Shown here: positions 47,119 through 57,250 of the stretch, piece by piece
Layout of the letters: each line of letters begins with the position of its first letter
Numbering within the stretch: position 1 is the stretch's first letter
From: an uncultured bacterium
Lineage (GTDB): Bacteria > Abyssobacteria > SURF-5
DNA length: 64,000 nucleotides
Direction of reading: 5' to 3'
NCBI GenBank assembly: GCA_964453435.1
Contig: CAYVQZ010000011.1
Coordinates: 9,235-73,234, forward strand
Made by a program: the position numbers and the translations under genes
The notes under the pieces: model-generated
Databases searched by the model: none
Told to the model about the DNA's origin: nothing
The model's input: the letters and a program-made list of their open reading frames with translations, nothing else

Positions 47119-47970
47119 CTAGTCGCCGAGACCGAGCCCGAACACCTTGTCTGCAGTCCTCCAGCAGATATTATCTCGGTGCGGTCTTTCGAGCGAGCGG
47201 ACAGCCTCGACTCTCCAAAAATATTTGTCTTCGGGAAAAATTCGGTCGCTCCCGAACATCAGGCGGCTGCTGTCTGTCCGTTCCAGAAGATAATTCAGAA
47301 CGCCCGGCTCTCGCGAACCTTCGGCTTCATGCAACTGCAATCCCTCGAGTTCAACGAAAACGTTTTCCCACAGGTCTATCAAGGCCGGAATTGTCTGCAG
47401 ATGCCCTCCGCCGGCATGCAGACACACGAGCTTCAGTTTCGGAAAGAGGGAGCAAACCTTTGCAAAATATACCGGGTTGCTGAGTTGTTCCATTGCCGGA
47501 TCGCCGCCCGTGTGAAACTGGATAGGAAGATTCTGCTCCTCGCAGTACTCGTAGAGCGGAAAGAATTCCTTCTGCGCCGGGTGGTGACCAAGGTAGGGAT
47601 ACAGAGTCTTTAAAGACTTCACAATGTGTCGCTTACCGGCGACCGTTTCTCGCACGCTTTTCAAACTTTTCTCCGGATTGCGCGAATCGAAAATGACCGC
47701 CGCAAAGAGCTTCGCCCGGCTTGTTTCCGTGTGCCGCTCAAAAACATCAAGGTTTCCCGGAGTGACCACAACCGACGCATCCACCCCCGCCCGCTCCATG
47801 TCCTTCAAGAGACTTTCGATGGGCTCTTCCATTTCCTCGGACGCCGGCTTCCTGAAAATAGCCGACAGTCCCCTGCGAAAAAACTCCGCCTGCGCGGAGA
47901 ACGGAACACAGTGCACGTGGGCGTCAATCAATTTCAATGAAACAACCTTTCTGCTCTCTCTCACTGGCAC
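47119..47970 (-). CDS. Amidohydrolase-2 family metal-dependent hydrolase (TIM barrel)
   Basis: 283 aa. N-terminal IDAHVHCVP His-His metal motif and internal HTGG. Only 3 nt separate it from the glgA region, and it abuts the upstream hypothetical gene, so it is likely co-transcribed. Confidence 0.7.
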   Translation of the reverse strand: MPVRESRKVVSLKLIDAHVHCVPFSAQAEFFRRGLSAIFRKPASEEMEEPIESLLKDMERAGVDASVVVTPGNLDVFERHTETSRAKLFAAVIFDSRNPEKSLKSVRETVAGKRHIVKSLKTLYPYLGHHPAQKEFFPLYEYCEEQNLPIQFHTGGDPAMEQLSNPVYFAKVCSLFPKLKLVCLHAGGGHLQTIPALIDLWENVFVELEGLQLHEAEGSREPGVLNYLLERTDSSRLMFGSDRIFPEDKYFWRVEAVRSLERPHRDNICWRTADKVFGLGLGD

Positions 47971-48759
47971 TCAGCCGCCTGCGGTATACGTGCCGTATCC
48001 CTGGTACACCTCTTCGCTGTCGTTCAACGGCCATCTCTCGGGAGTTCGATAACAGTGTACCACGTGCCAGCCCTGGATAATATGAGCGCCGCGGGGCGCC
48101 CAGAGCCGCCCCCGAAACTTTCGAGGAAGCGGTATCGGCTGAAGCATGCGCCATTTCTCTCCGGCAAACCGCAAAAGGTTCTGGTAGTCATAGATGCGAA
48201 ACGACCTGAATTCACTGTCATGTCCGTACCACTCGATGAAACGCGGTTCCTCGGTCGGTGTGTACATCATGGTGTCTATGTCGCCGATTCCCCAGTGCGC
48301 GCATACTGCCAAGACCGTCCCGGTCCAGTCCGTGTACTCGACCTCCCACGAAACTATTTCCTCCGCGTACACGTCGCTGTAATGGGTTTGTCCGTTGACT
48401 TGCGCTTCGAAGAAGTGGTAGAACATAAAGGTGTCGGAATTAATCCCGTACTGGCCGTTCGTATATCCCTCGGGCACCTTGATAATCTTTTCGCGGACGC
48501 CTGGCGGCAGAGGCCACACGGTCTTTGTTTCGCCTCGGCCCTCGTGGGGAGAGACGCGCCCCTTCCCCTCGATCCGCTCCGCCTGGGTAGACATGGTTCG
48601 AACCTGACGGAACCGGTCCCAGTGCGGTGGAGCGCCACGCGGGCCCCACGCGTAGTGAATTCGTACCTCGCTCACATCGGGAACCGGATCCTGCCATGTC
48701 TTTTTCAAATACCAGAACATGGTATGTTGCTCCTTTCCTCGGGAACGAGCTTTGTCCAC
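47971..48759 (-). CDS. Hypothetical protein, aromatic-rich, no family recognised
   Basis: 262-aa ORF immediately upstream of the amidohydrolase with no gap between them. Codon usage is consistent with neighbouring genes. Start uncertain. Confidence 0.4.
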   Translation of the reverse strand: MDKARSRGKEQHTMFWYLKKTWQDPVPDVSEVRIHYAWGPRGAPPHWDRFRQVRTMSTQAERIEGKGRVSPHEGRGETKTVWPLPPGVREKIIKVPEGYTNGQYGINSDTFMFYHFFEAQVNGQTHYSDVYAEEIVSWEVEYTDWTGTVLAVCAHWGIGDIDTMMYTPTEEPRFIEWYGHDSEFRSFRIYDYQNLLRFAGEKWRMLQPIPLPRKFRGRLWAPRGAHIIQGWHVVHCYRTPERWPLNDSEEVYQGYGTYTAGG

Positions 48760-49215
48760 GGATGTTTTCTTCCGAATGTCCTGTTGTCCCGCTTTTCAAT
48801 CTGACGGTGGTGGCTGCTGGGAATCGAACACTGTGGATGTGTGGGAATGCTTTCGAGGTTCTGAAAACGTTAAGCTTGGTTATCTCAAACCTGTTCCACG
48901 GGGGGGGATTGTTTCCCCACGGCGCCTGTTGCCTGTATCTTTCCGACAAGCGGACACTCAGAATTGATGACAAAAACTTTTAAAATCAACTATGCACTCA
49001 TCTCTCCCGATTCGCAAGACCCCGAGGATCGAGCGTTGCCGCCAATGCAGAGCGTGTGTTCAAAGGGCAGGATAACTCGTAAAGTTCGGACTGTCGAAGA
49101 CAAGCATATGCGGGTGGTTCGCCAAGGAGGACATGCTCGTGCCCCCGCTTCGGATGGAGCCAGATCGAGGCTGTCGCCATGTTCTTCCGGTTCCCTGGGA
49201 ACGGTGGCCCAGCGG

Positions 49216-49234
49216 TTGGCGCACGGGCGGCATG
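49216..49234 (+). promoter_or_regulatory. Candidate sigma-54 (-24/-12) promoter TTGGCGCACGGGCGGCATG upstream of the sensor kinase operon
   Basis: GG and GC dinucleotides at the consensus TGGCAC-N5-TTGC spacing, ~60 bp upstream of the kinase start. The operon encodes a sigma-54 activator. Confidence 0.25.
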
Positions 49235-49291
49235 CCGTGTTGACCCCCCCTGAAAGGTTGTGATAGAATAAGTTGTAAGTTAAGGTGATTT

Positions 49292-51379
49292 ATGAAGATA
49301 AGCGCTATCTTACAGCCGCCGCGCTCCCAGCGGGAATTATCCGCGCTCTTGGTTATTGCGTGCGTTTTTGCTTTTATGGCGGGGGCTGAAGCGCCAGCGG
49401 TGGCGGATGACGTTGCGCCCGTCCCAAACGGGAAGGGAGTAATCGTAATCGCCTGTAATGCGAACTATCCTCCATATGAATATTTCAATTCTTTGAAGGG
49501 CAGGTTTGAAGGCTTCAACGTGGAAGTGTTGAATGCATTGGCCGAAAATCTGGGAAAAAACGTTCAGTATATCAACATGAGCAAGGCAGAAGGGCTTTCC
49601 GCGCTCCGCGCGGGCAAGGTAGATGGGGTCCTCGGTGTCGCATACAGCATCGAGCGGGATGACGCTTTCGATTTCACGAGCCCGATTTGCATTATTTCCG
49701 ATGTGATCTTCGTTCGGAAAGATGCCACGGATATCAGCAGCATGGTGGACCTGGAAGGACGCACCGTGGCAGTGGTTCAGGGCGATTTTATCGGAGAGGT
49801 GCTTCGGAGAGGCAAACGAGCGCACATTGTGGAAACCGAATCTTACGAAAAGTCGCTCTGGCTGCTAGAACGAGGAGATGTCGCCGCCTTCGCAGGCAGT
49901 CAGTTGACCGGCCAGTACTTGATAAATAAGATCGGGCTGCGAAACATCGAGATTGTGGGCTCGCCTATCCATCAAGTCGGTTATTGTATTGCGATTCAAG
50001 AGGGAAACCACACACTGATGTCATCGCTTGAAAAAGCGCTGAATGCGATCACGGAAAGCGGGGAATATGGGCGGATTTATGAGGATTGGTTCGGAGAAGG
50101 CCTGCAACGTAAATCTGCGGTCAGCCGTATTATCCTTTGGACTCTGGGCATAATCATCTCCGTGTTCGGATTCGTCGGCTGGATCGTGAACCGCCGGCTC
50201 AGGCATAAAGTGGAGATGAGCGCTCGGGAATTGGCGGAGAGCCGCACACGGTTCCAGCGAAAAGCCGATGAATATATTTCGTTGTTCGAGGGGGCAAACG
50301 ACGCCATATTTATTATCGACCCGACCGACGGCTGCTTCCTCGATGTAAATCGCAAAGCGGAAGAATTAACCGGCTACCCGCGGAAGGAACTGCTTCGAAT
50401 GTGCATGCGAGACATTCACCTGCCCCGCGACGCCACCCGAGTGGATAAAAGGCTGGCTCAGATACTCTCGGAAGGGTCGGCAAGCTTCGACGATGCGCCA
50501 ATGCTCAGAAAGGATGGCTCGGTTGCCCTTGTGGATATCAGTGCGAGCCTGATCGAGTATTCCGGCAGAACAGTGTGCCAGAGCTTCATCCGTGACGTTA
50601 CGGAGAGACGACTGCTCGAACGGCAACTGGTCCAGACGGAGAAACTCGCGTCGGTCGGCACGTTTACCGCCGGGCTCGCCCACGAAATACGGAATCCTTT
50701 GAACTCCGCGAATTTGCAGTTGCTCTTGCTGGAGAGGAGAATTCGGGATGGTTCGTCGAGGACCTCGGAAGCGGAGGCTCTGCAACTCATCAACATCGTT
50801 CGCGAAGAAGTATCCCGCCTGGACAATCTTGTAACGGAGTTTCTCTTCTTTGCGAAACCGTTGAGTCTCGACTTCCATCCCGCCAATCTCCACCGGATTC
50901 TCGACGACGTTTTTGCGCTTTTCCATGCCAGGATGACACAAAACGACATTACTCTGGACCGTGAGTACACCGACGATTTGCCTTTGCTGTCCCTCGATCG
51001 GGAAAAGATGAAACAAGCCCTCATCAACATCGTGCAGAACTCAATCGAGGCGATGCCCCACGGAGGACGGCTGAAGGTTGCGACCCGCATACGACAAAAA
51101 AGGGTAATTCTGACAATCGAGGACACGGGCGCAGGCATTCCCGAAAATGACCTCGACAGAGTCTTCGAGGTTTTCTACACAAGCAAGGAGAAAGGAACGG
51201 GGCTCGGGCTGCCGATATCGTTCCATATCATCGAACTGCACGGGGGCACATTCGAGATTCAGAGCGCTCCTGATGTCGGAACAAGATGCGTTATTACCTT
51301 GGCGGTAGGTCCCGCAAAGTATCAGCCTCTGAGAAGGGAGCATGTGCCAGGTGCTCGACGCTACGATACTGGTCGTTGA
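49292..51379 (+). CDS. Sensor histidine kinase with periplasmic family-3 solute-binding (amino-acid-binding) domain, PAS, HisKA and HATPase domains
   Basis: 695 aa. Signal/transmembrane segment, then SBP_bac_3-like domain (IACNANYPPYEY...GKVDGVLGVAYS). Second transmembrane segment. PAS domain. H-box HEIRNPL. N, G1 and G2 boxes. Confidence 0.85.
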   Translation: MKISAILQPPRSQRELSALLVIACVFAFMAGAEAPAVADDVAPVPNGKGVIVIACNANYPPYEYFNSLKGRFEGFNVEVLNALAENLGKNVQYINMSKAEGLSALRAGKVDGVLGVAYSIERDDAFDFTSPICIISDVIFVRKDATDISSMVDLEGRTVAVVQGDFIGEVLRRGKRAHIVETESYEKSLWLLERGDVAAFAGSQLTGQYLINKIGLRNIEIVGSPIHQVGYCIAIQEGNHTLMSSLEKALNAITESGEYGRIYEDWFGEGLQRKSAVSRIILWTLGIIISVFGFVGWIVNRRLRHKVEMSARELAESRTRFQRKADEYISLFEGANDAIFIIDPTDGCFLDVNRKAEELTGYPRKELLRMCMRDIHLPRDATRVDKRLAQILSEGSASFDDAPMLRKDGSVALVDISASLIEYSGRTVCQSFIRDVTERRLLERQLVQTEKLASVGTFTAGLAHEIRNPLNSANLQLLLLERRIRDGSSRTSEAEALQLINIVREEVSRLDNLVTEFLFFAKPLSLDFHPANLHRILDDVFALFHARMTQNDITLDREYTDDLPLLSLDREKMKQALINIVQNSIEAMPHGGRLKVATRIRQKRVILTIEDTGAGIPENDLDRVFEVFYTSKEKGTGLGLPISFHIIELHGGTFEIQSAPDVGTRCVITLAVGPAKYQPLRREHVPGARRYDTGR

Positions 51380-52694
51380 CGACGAAAAAAACACTCGCGA
51401 AGCGCTTTCCACCATCCTGCGGGAAGACGGGTATGATGTGCTCACGGCAGCGGACGGCTACCAGGCAATGAACATCATAACCGGAGACCTGCCCGACCTG
51501 ATCCTGGCCGACCTGAAAATGCCCGGAATGGACGGACTCGAATTGCTTTCCCGCACCCGACTGAAGGGATTCGATATCCCGTTTGTCATGATGACGGCAT
51601 ACGGAACGGTTGAAAGCGCTGTCGAAGCGATGAAGAAGGGGACGGAAGACTACATCACAAAACCTATCAATATAGAAGAGCTCCAAATCCAAATCAAGAA
51701 AATACTGGCTCACAGAAAACTTGTTCGCGAGGCGAAAGATCTGCGTGAGCGGCTGCGCGACAAGTACAAGTTCGAAAACATTGTCGGAAGCAGCCCGCAA
51801 ATGCAGGCTGTCTTTAAAACAGTGGAGCAAGTGGCCTCGAGCCGCGCCACCATCTTGATTACGGGTGAAAGCGGCACCGGCAAAGAACTCATCGCTTCCG
51901 CTATCCATCAGAACGGCCCGCGCGTGGAGAAACCTTTTGTCAAAGTCAATTGCAGCGCGCTCTCCGAGAGTCTGCTCGAAAGTGAACTGTTCGGCCACGA
52001 AAGAGGAGCCTTTACCGGAGCCGTCGCGACCAGGCAGGGACGCTTCGAAATAGCCGAGGGGGGAACGATCTTCCTCGATGAAATAGGGGAGGTCAGTCCT
52101 TCGACCCAGGTTAAACTCCTCGGATTCCTGCAGGACAGAAAGTTCGAGAGAGTCGGCGGAAACCGAACCTTCGAGGTCGACGTCCGGCTCATCGCCGCAA
52201 CGAACAAAGACCTGGAAAAAGCAGTCTCAGAAGGAACGTTTCGACAAGACCTGTACTATCGCATTAATGTCATCACGGTTAAGATGCCTCCGCTGAGAGA
52301 GCGAATCTCGGATGTTCCGCTGCTGGTGGACCATTTCGTGAAAAAGTACGCAAAAGAAAACGGAAAGGAGATCGAGGGGGTGTCTCCGGATGCGCTCGCC
52401 ACGCTTATGACGTACCGTTGGCCCGGCAACGTGCGCGAACTCGAGAATATGGTCGAGCGCGCCGTCGTGATGTGCAACGACAGAATCATCGGCCGACGCT
52501 TGTTCCCCGTCTCGCCCGAAACAAATTCGCCCGGCCTACCGGAAGGACCTCCCATACCCGGTTCCTCGCTCGAGGAAATAGAGAAATACGCCATCCAGAA
52601 AACCCTGGAGGCGGTGGGTGGCAATCGCACGAGAGCCGCCGAAATCCTGAAAGTCAGTCTCCGTAAGATTCAATACAAGCTTAAAGATTTTTGA
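51342..52694 (+). CDS. Sigma-54-dependent response regulator, NtrC family
   Basis: 450 aa. Receiver domain (ILVVDDE...D...K). AAA+ domain with Walker A GESGTGKE and the GAFTGA motif. C-terminal Fis-type helix-turn-helix. Overlaps the kinase gene by 38 nt. Confidence 0.9.
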   Translation: MCQVLDATILVVDDEKNTREALSTILREDGYDVLTAADGYQAMNIITGDLPDLILADLKMPGMDGLELLSRTRLKGFDIPFVMMTAYGTVESAVEAMKKGTEDYITKPINIEELQIQIKKILAHRKLVREAKDLRERLRDKYKFENIVGSSPQMQAVFKTVEQVASSRATILITGESGTGKELIASAIHQNGPRVEKPFVKVNCSALSESLLESELFGHERGAFTGAVATRQGRFEIAEGGTIFLDEIGEVSPSTQVKLLGFLQDRKFERVGGNRTFEVDVRLIAATNKDLEKAVSEGTFRQDLYYRINVITVKMPPLRERISDVPLLVDHFVKKYAKENGKEIEGVSPDALATLMTYRWPGNVRELENMVERAVVMCNDRIIGRRLFPVSPETNSPGLPEGPPIPGSSLEEIEKYAIQKTLEAVGGNRTRAAEILKVSLRKIQYKLKDF

Positions 52695-52810
52695 AAACCT
52701 TCCAACGGTCACGCGGTATAGCTTCGCGCCGATGAGCAGACCCCGTATGAAAGCGAAAAGCGCCGGGAAAGTTGCAAATTCATCGGAGAACATGGTATAC
52801 TTAAACGGTA

Positions 52811-52840
52811 TGAGGGCGGCGTTTGCCGCCATCTTTGTTG
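52811..52840 (+). terminator. Possible intrinsic terminator downstream of the two-component operon
   Basis: GGCGGCG-TTT-GCCGCC hairpin followed by TCTTTGTT. Confidence 0.4.
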
Positions 52841-52855
52841 TGGAGGTGAGCCGAT

Positions 52856-53059
52856 TTGAAGAAGGAAATTCATCCCGCATATCATAATGTGACTATCACC
52901 TGCGCATGCGGAAACAGGATCGAAACGCAATCGACGAAAAAGGAGATAGCGGTCGATATCTGTTCTAACTGTCACCCCTTTTTTACCGGCAAACAGAAGC
53001 TTGTCGACACGGAGGGGCGTGTGCAGAGGTTTCGCCGCCGTTATAATATCAAGGATTAG
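52856..53059 (+). CDS. rpmE: 50S ribosomal protein L31
   Basis: 67 aa. [20 protein letters not shown]...[10 protein letters not shown], the Cys4 zinc-ribbon type. Likely TTG start with a GGAGGTG RBS. Confidence 0.9.
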   Translation: MKKEIHPAYHNVTITCACGNRIETQSTKKEIAVDICSNCHPFFTGKQKLVDTEGRVQRFRRRYNIKD

Positions 53060-53164
53060 CTGTTTCGCAGCCGGGCTGTTCGCAAAGCAATTTGAGCCGC
53101 CTGGCTTGTTTTCTTTCAGGACAGATGCGCCCCGGTTCGCCGGTGTGGCCAAGGAGAGCAACGG

Positions 53165-54235
53165 ATGACCGTGCTCGAAAGAATACATAAGCTTGAGGAA
53201 AAGTATGACGAACTGAACAGGCTCATGAGCGATCCCTCCGTCGCGGGGAATTCCGAAAAGTACCAGCAATACGCCGGGGAGCACGCGGACCTTTCGGTTT
53301 TTCTCGAGAAGGCTCGTTCATATCGGAAGCTGGTCGAAGACAGAGATGCGGCAGAGCAAATTTTGCAGAATGAGGCCGACGAGGAGTTGCGTCAGCTCGC
53401 GCTCGAGGAGAAGGACCATTTGGAAGAACAAATTGCCGCGCTCGAACGCGAGATCAAGCTCCTGCTGGCGCCGCGTGACGAACGCGACAAGAAAGATGTG
53501 ATCATGGAAATTCGGGCGGCAACCGGTGGAGAAGAGGCCGCCCTGTTCGCGGCAGACCTGTTCCGGATGTATGCCCGATATGCCGAGAAAGAGAAATGGC
53601 GGTGCGAGGTCCTGAACAGCAGCTCGACGGGCATCGGCGGGCTGAAAGAGGTTATCTTCTCGGTCGTGGGGAAAAATGTCTTTGGGGCATTGAAATTCGA
53701 AAGCGGTGTGCACAGGGTGCAGCGAGTGCCGGTGACCGAGGCGAGTGGAAGAATTCACACATCCACGGTTACGGTCGCCGTTTTGCCGGAGGCGGAGGAA
53801 GTCGAGATATCCATCGACCCCAGGGACCTGAAAATTGACGTTTTCCGCTCATCCGGCCCCGGCGGTCAGAGCGTCAACACCACGGACTCCGCTGTGCGGG
53901 TGACTCATCTGCCGACAGGGATGGTTGTCACCTGTCAGGATGAAAAATCTCAGCACAAGAACAAAGCGCGCGCGCTTCGCGTCTTGCGCTCCCGATTGCT
54001 TGACGAGAAAGAGCGAGAACAGAGACGGGAAATCTCGGCGGAGCGGCGCAGCCAGGTGGGCACCGGAGAGCGCAGCGAGCGCATACGAACGTACAACTTT
54101 CCTCAAAACCGGGTGACAGACCACCGGATCGGCCTTACCCTTCACAGGCTCGAGGCAATCCTTGACGGCGAGCTTGACGAAATCATCGATGAATTGCGAC
54201 AGGCCGAAGAAGAGAAAAAGATGAAGGCGATTTGA
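53165..54235 (+). CDS. prfA: Peptide chain release factor 1
   Basis: 356 aa. PxT-type tripeptide region. GGQ motif ([16 protein letters not shown]). Confidence 0.95.
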   Translation: MTVLERIHKLEEKYDELNRLMSDPSVAGNSEKYQQYAGEHADLSVFLEKARSYRKLVEDRDAAEQILQNEADEELRQLALEEKDHLEEQIAALEREIKLLLAPRDERDKKDVIMEIRAATGGEEAALFAADLFRMYARYAEKEKWRCEVLNSSSTGIGGLKEVIFSVVGKNVFGALKFESGVHRVQRVPVTEASGRIHTSTVTVAVLPEAEEVEISIDPRDLKIDVFRSSGPGGQSVNTTDSAVRVTHLPTGMVVTCQDEKSQHKNKARALRVLRSRLLDEKEREQRREISAERRSQVGTGERSERIRTYNFPQNRVTDHRIGLTLHRLEAILDGELDEIIDELRQAEEEKKMKAI

Positions 54236-54236
54236 T

Positions 54237-55142
54237 GTGAGCGCCTGCATGACATCCTTCCCGAAAGCTCACTCCATGCGAGTTGTCGATGCGCTGCATG
54301 AGGCAGAAACCCTCCTTCGTAATACCCGCGTGACCGAGACGCCGCGCCTCGACAGCGAGGTGTTGCTTGCCGATGCGCTTGGCGTAGACCGGGCGCGCCT
54401 GATTGCATCCCATCTCGGTTTGCTGGCCGGTCCTGAGCGAACCCGGTATTTCTCTCATGTTCTGCGACGGTCACAGGGTGAACCGGTCGCGTACATAATC
54501 GGAACAAAAGAATTCATGGGATACGCTTTTTGCGTCGACCGCCGCGTGTTGATTCCGCGACCCGAGACCGAGACGCTGGTCGAGCACGTCGTGCGCATCG
54601 TAACTTCGGGCAAGCGGCGTGACTGCACGGCACTCGATATCGGAACCGGCTCGGGCTGTATTGCGATATCGCTGGCCTTGTTTCTTCCCCGGCTTGCAGT
54701 TCACGCCGTTGACCTCTCATCGGAAGCGATTGAAGTAGCCGGAATAAATGCCGAAAAGCACGGCGTCGCGGACCGAATCACGTTCCACACCGGCGACCTG
54801 TACGCCGCCTTACCCGGATCCGTGAAGGAATCATTCGGTTTCATCGTTTCAAATCCCCCGTATGTTTCAGACGCCGACTACGGAATTCTTGCCGATAATG
54901 TGCGGCTGTATGAACCCTCTGTCGCGCTGAGAAGCGGGCCGGACGGGTTGGACTTGATAAGCCGAATCGTTGCGAAAGCCGACCAATATCTGGTCAAAGA
55001 CGGTTTCCTCGCAATCGAAGTAGGGGAAACCCAGGCGGAGATTGTTTCGGCGCTTATCCGTGCAACCGGCGCATTGGAAGCGGTGGAGATTGTTGCTGAT
55101 CTGTCGGGGAAGCCGAGGATTGTGGTGAGTCGGAGAGTGTAA
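54237..55142 (+). CDS. prmC: Release factor glutamine N5-methyltransferase PrmC (HemK)
   Basis: SAM-binding motif LDIGTGSGCIA and catalytic NPPY (IVSNPPYV). Immediately follows prfA. Confidence 0.85.
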   Translation: MSACMTSFPKAHSMRVVDALHEAETLLRNTRVTETPRLDSEVLLADALGVDRARLIASHLGLLAGPERTRYFSHVLRRSQGEPVAYIIGTKEFMGYAFCVDRRVLIPRPETETLVEHVVRIVTSGKRRDCTALDIGTGSGCIAISLALFLPRLAVHAVDLSSEAIEVAGINAEKHGVADRITFHTGDLYAALPGSVKESFGFIVSNPPYVSDADYGILADNVRLYEPSVALRSGPDGLDLISRIVAKADQYLVKDGFLAIEVGETQAEIVSALIRATGALEAVEIVADLSGKPRIVVSRRV

Positions 55143-55834
55143 TGGATGAGAAAAGGCAAGCTTCGCTTATACGAGAAATGCCCTCATCGGAACGACCGCG
55201 CGAGCGGCTTGCAAGCCAGGGGCCCTCTTCGCTGAAAACGGCCGAGCTGCTGGCCATCCTGTTCCGCACCGGAACCAAGAAGTCCAATGCCGTCGAGCTT
55301 GCCGAGGAGATGCTGCGTCAATTTGGGTCGTTGACCGCACTGTCGAGGGCAAACATAGGAGAACTGAAAAGCTTCGAGGGAATCGGATTCGCCAAAGCGG
55401 TGGAGATACAGGCTGCGTTCGAACTCGGACGACGACTTGCGACCGACGAACTGAAGCGGCCGATAATCAAGTCGGCGAAAGACGTCGCTGCATTGATGAT
55501 GCCCGAAATGCAGTCGCTTGACAGGGAACACTTCAAGGTTCTTCTCTTGAATACGAAGAACCATGTGCTCCAAATTCGCACCGTCTCCATCGGGTCCCTG
55601 AACGCCAGCGTGGTCCACCCCCGCGAGTGTTTCCGCGAGGCGATCGCCGCCCAGGCCGCGTCCGTCATCCTGGTGCACAATCATCCCAGCGGCGATGTGG
55701 AACCCAGCGGTGAAGATATCAGCCTGACGCGCAGGCTCATGTCGGCAGGTGACCTCCTTGGTATCAAGGTGCTTGATCATGTTATAATAGCAGGAAATAG
55801 GTATGTGAGCCTTTCGGAAAAAGGGGTGAAGTAA
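55142..55834 (+). CDS. radC: RadC-like JAB-domain protein (UPF0758 family)
   Basis: 230 aa. N-terminal helix-hairpin-helix region (ELLAILFRTGTK). JAMM motif HNHPSGDVEPS. Confidence 0.85.
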   Translation: MDEKRQASLIREMPSSERPRERLASQGPSSLKTAELLAILFRTGTKKSNAVELAEEMLRQFGSLTALSRANIGELKSFEGIGFAKAVEIQAAFELGRRLATDELKRPIIKSAKDVAALMMPEMQSLDREHFKVLLLNTKNHVLQIRTVSIGSLNASVVHPRECFREAIAAQAASVILVHNHPSGDVEPSGEDISLTRRLMSAGDLLGIKVLDHVIIAGNRYVSLSEKGVK

Positions 55835-55877
55835 CATCCGACTTCCTGTCGCCAAAGAAGGTTTTCCCATTATAGCC

Positions 55878-56486
55878 GTGTCGGCGGGGATTACGGTCAT
55901 TGGATGGATTCTCCATCCCGCGCTTCTTACCCTCGGAATGGTTGCAACTCTGTTCAGCCTGTATTTCTTCCGCGACCCGGAACGACCCATCACGGCCGGT
56001 CCCGGACAAATCGTAGCTCCCGCTGACGGAAAGGTGCTTTCGGTCGATGAGGCCGAGGAGCCCGAATACATGGGCGGTCGTTGCAAGCGTGTCGGCATTT
56101 TCCTCTCGATTTTCGACGTTCACATAAACCGGGCGCCGCTCGCCGGCACAATCGAAATGATTCATTATCGGAAGGGAAAATTCGGGGTGGCAAGCACGGA
56201 GGGCGCCTCACTTCACAATGAGAGAAACACAATCGGGATTGGCGGCGGAGACATCAGGGTGGCAGTGAAACAGATTGCCGGGGCCGTAGCCCGAAGAATC
56301 ATCTGTTACTGCAAGCTTGAGCAAAAGGTCGAGACCGGCGACCGAATCGGTATGATCAAGTTCGGCTCGCGCACCGAACTCTATCTTCCACTCGATTGCG
56401 AGATACTGGTCTCGCCGGGGCAAAAGGTAAAGGGCGGCATCAGCCTGATAGGAGCCTGCAATGCGTCGACCGAGAAAAAGGCGTAG
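55878..56486 (+). CDS. psd: Phosphatidylserine decarboxylase proenzyme, short archaeal-type
   Basis: 202 aa. FGSRT self-cleavage (pyruvoyl-forming) motif near the C-terminus. N-terminal transmembrane helix. Confidence 0.8.
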   Translation: MSAGITVIGWILHPALLTLGMVATLFSLYFFRDPERPITAGPGQIVAPADGKVLSVDEAEEPEYMGGRCKRVGIFLSIFDVHINRAPLAGTIEMIHYRKGKFGVASTEGASLHNERNTIGIGGGDIRVAVKQIAGAVARRIICYCKLEQKVETGDRIGMIKFGSRTELYLPLDCEILVSPGQKVKGGISLIGACNASTEKKA

Positions 56487-57219
56487 CCATGTAAACATTC
56501 TTCCGACATTGCTCACGGTCGGAAACATGTATCTCGGCCTCCTGTCAATTATTTACTCGATCGGCGGCGACTTTCGGCTGGCCGCCGCGATGATACTGCT
56601 CGCCTTGCTCTTTGACGGCGCTGACGGCCACATTGCCCGTATGACCAGGAGTTCGAGCAACTTCGGCAAGGAACTCGATTCGCTCGCCGATGTGGTTACT
56701 TTCGGGGTGAGCCCGGCTATTCTCGTGTACAGAAGCATCCTGTATGATTTTGAGCATGTCGGCGCTTTCCTCGTCACCGTGTATGCAATCACCGGCGCGC
56801 TGAGACTCGCCCGGTACAATGTCCAGACCGCTCCCGCCGTGAAGTCGTTTACGGGCCTCCCCATTCCGGGAGCGGGTTGCGCCATAGCTTCGATAGTGTT
56901 GATGAAACTCAAATATGCGCATCCGCTCGTGGAAAATTATTTGCCGCCCGTTGTGGCGGTCTGTATAATCATTTTGGCATTTCTCATGGTAAGCACAATA
57001 ACCTATCCCAAACGCGATTTGTTCCGCGTTCCGCGCAACAAAGCGTTGCAGTATACGTTCATGATTATTCTTGTGTTCAGTCTGATCAAGTTAAGGCCGA
57101 CGCTGTTCGCATTTATCATTTTTCTCCTGTACGTAGTCATCGGACCCGTAAACTATCTCAGCAAGAGCCGTTTTTATCGGGAGCCGGCGCCTCGGGAAAG
57201 CGAGGAAGCCGCAACCTGA
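56461..57219 (+). CDS. pssA: CDP-diacylglycerol--serine O-phosphatidyltransferase
   Basis: 252 aa. CDP-alcohol phosphotransferase motif DGADGHIARMTRSSSNFGKELDSLAD. Overlaps psd by 26 nt. Confidence 0.85.
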   Translation: MRRPRKRRSHVNILPTLLTVGNMYLGLLSIIYSIGGDFRLAAAMILLALLFDGADGHIARMTRSSSNFGKELDSLADVVTFGVSPAILVYRSILYDFEHVGAFLVTVYAITGALRLARYNVQTAPAVKSFTGLPIPGAGCAIASIVLMKLKYAHPLVENYLPPVVAVCIIILAFLMVSTITYPKRDLFRVPRNKALQYTFMIILVFSLIKLRPTLFAFIIFLLYVVIGPVNYLSKSRFYREPAPRESEEAAT

Positions 57220-57250
57220 CGGCGCCCCATCCATCCGAATCTCTCGAATT

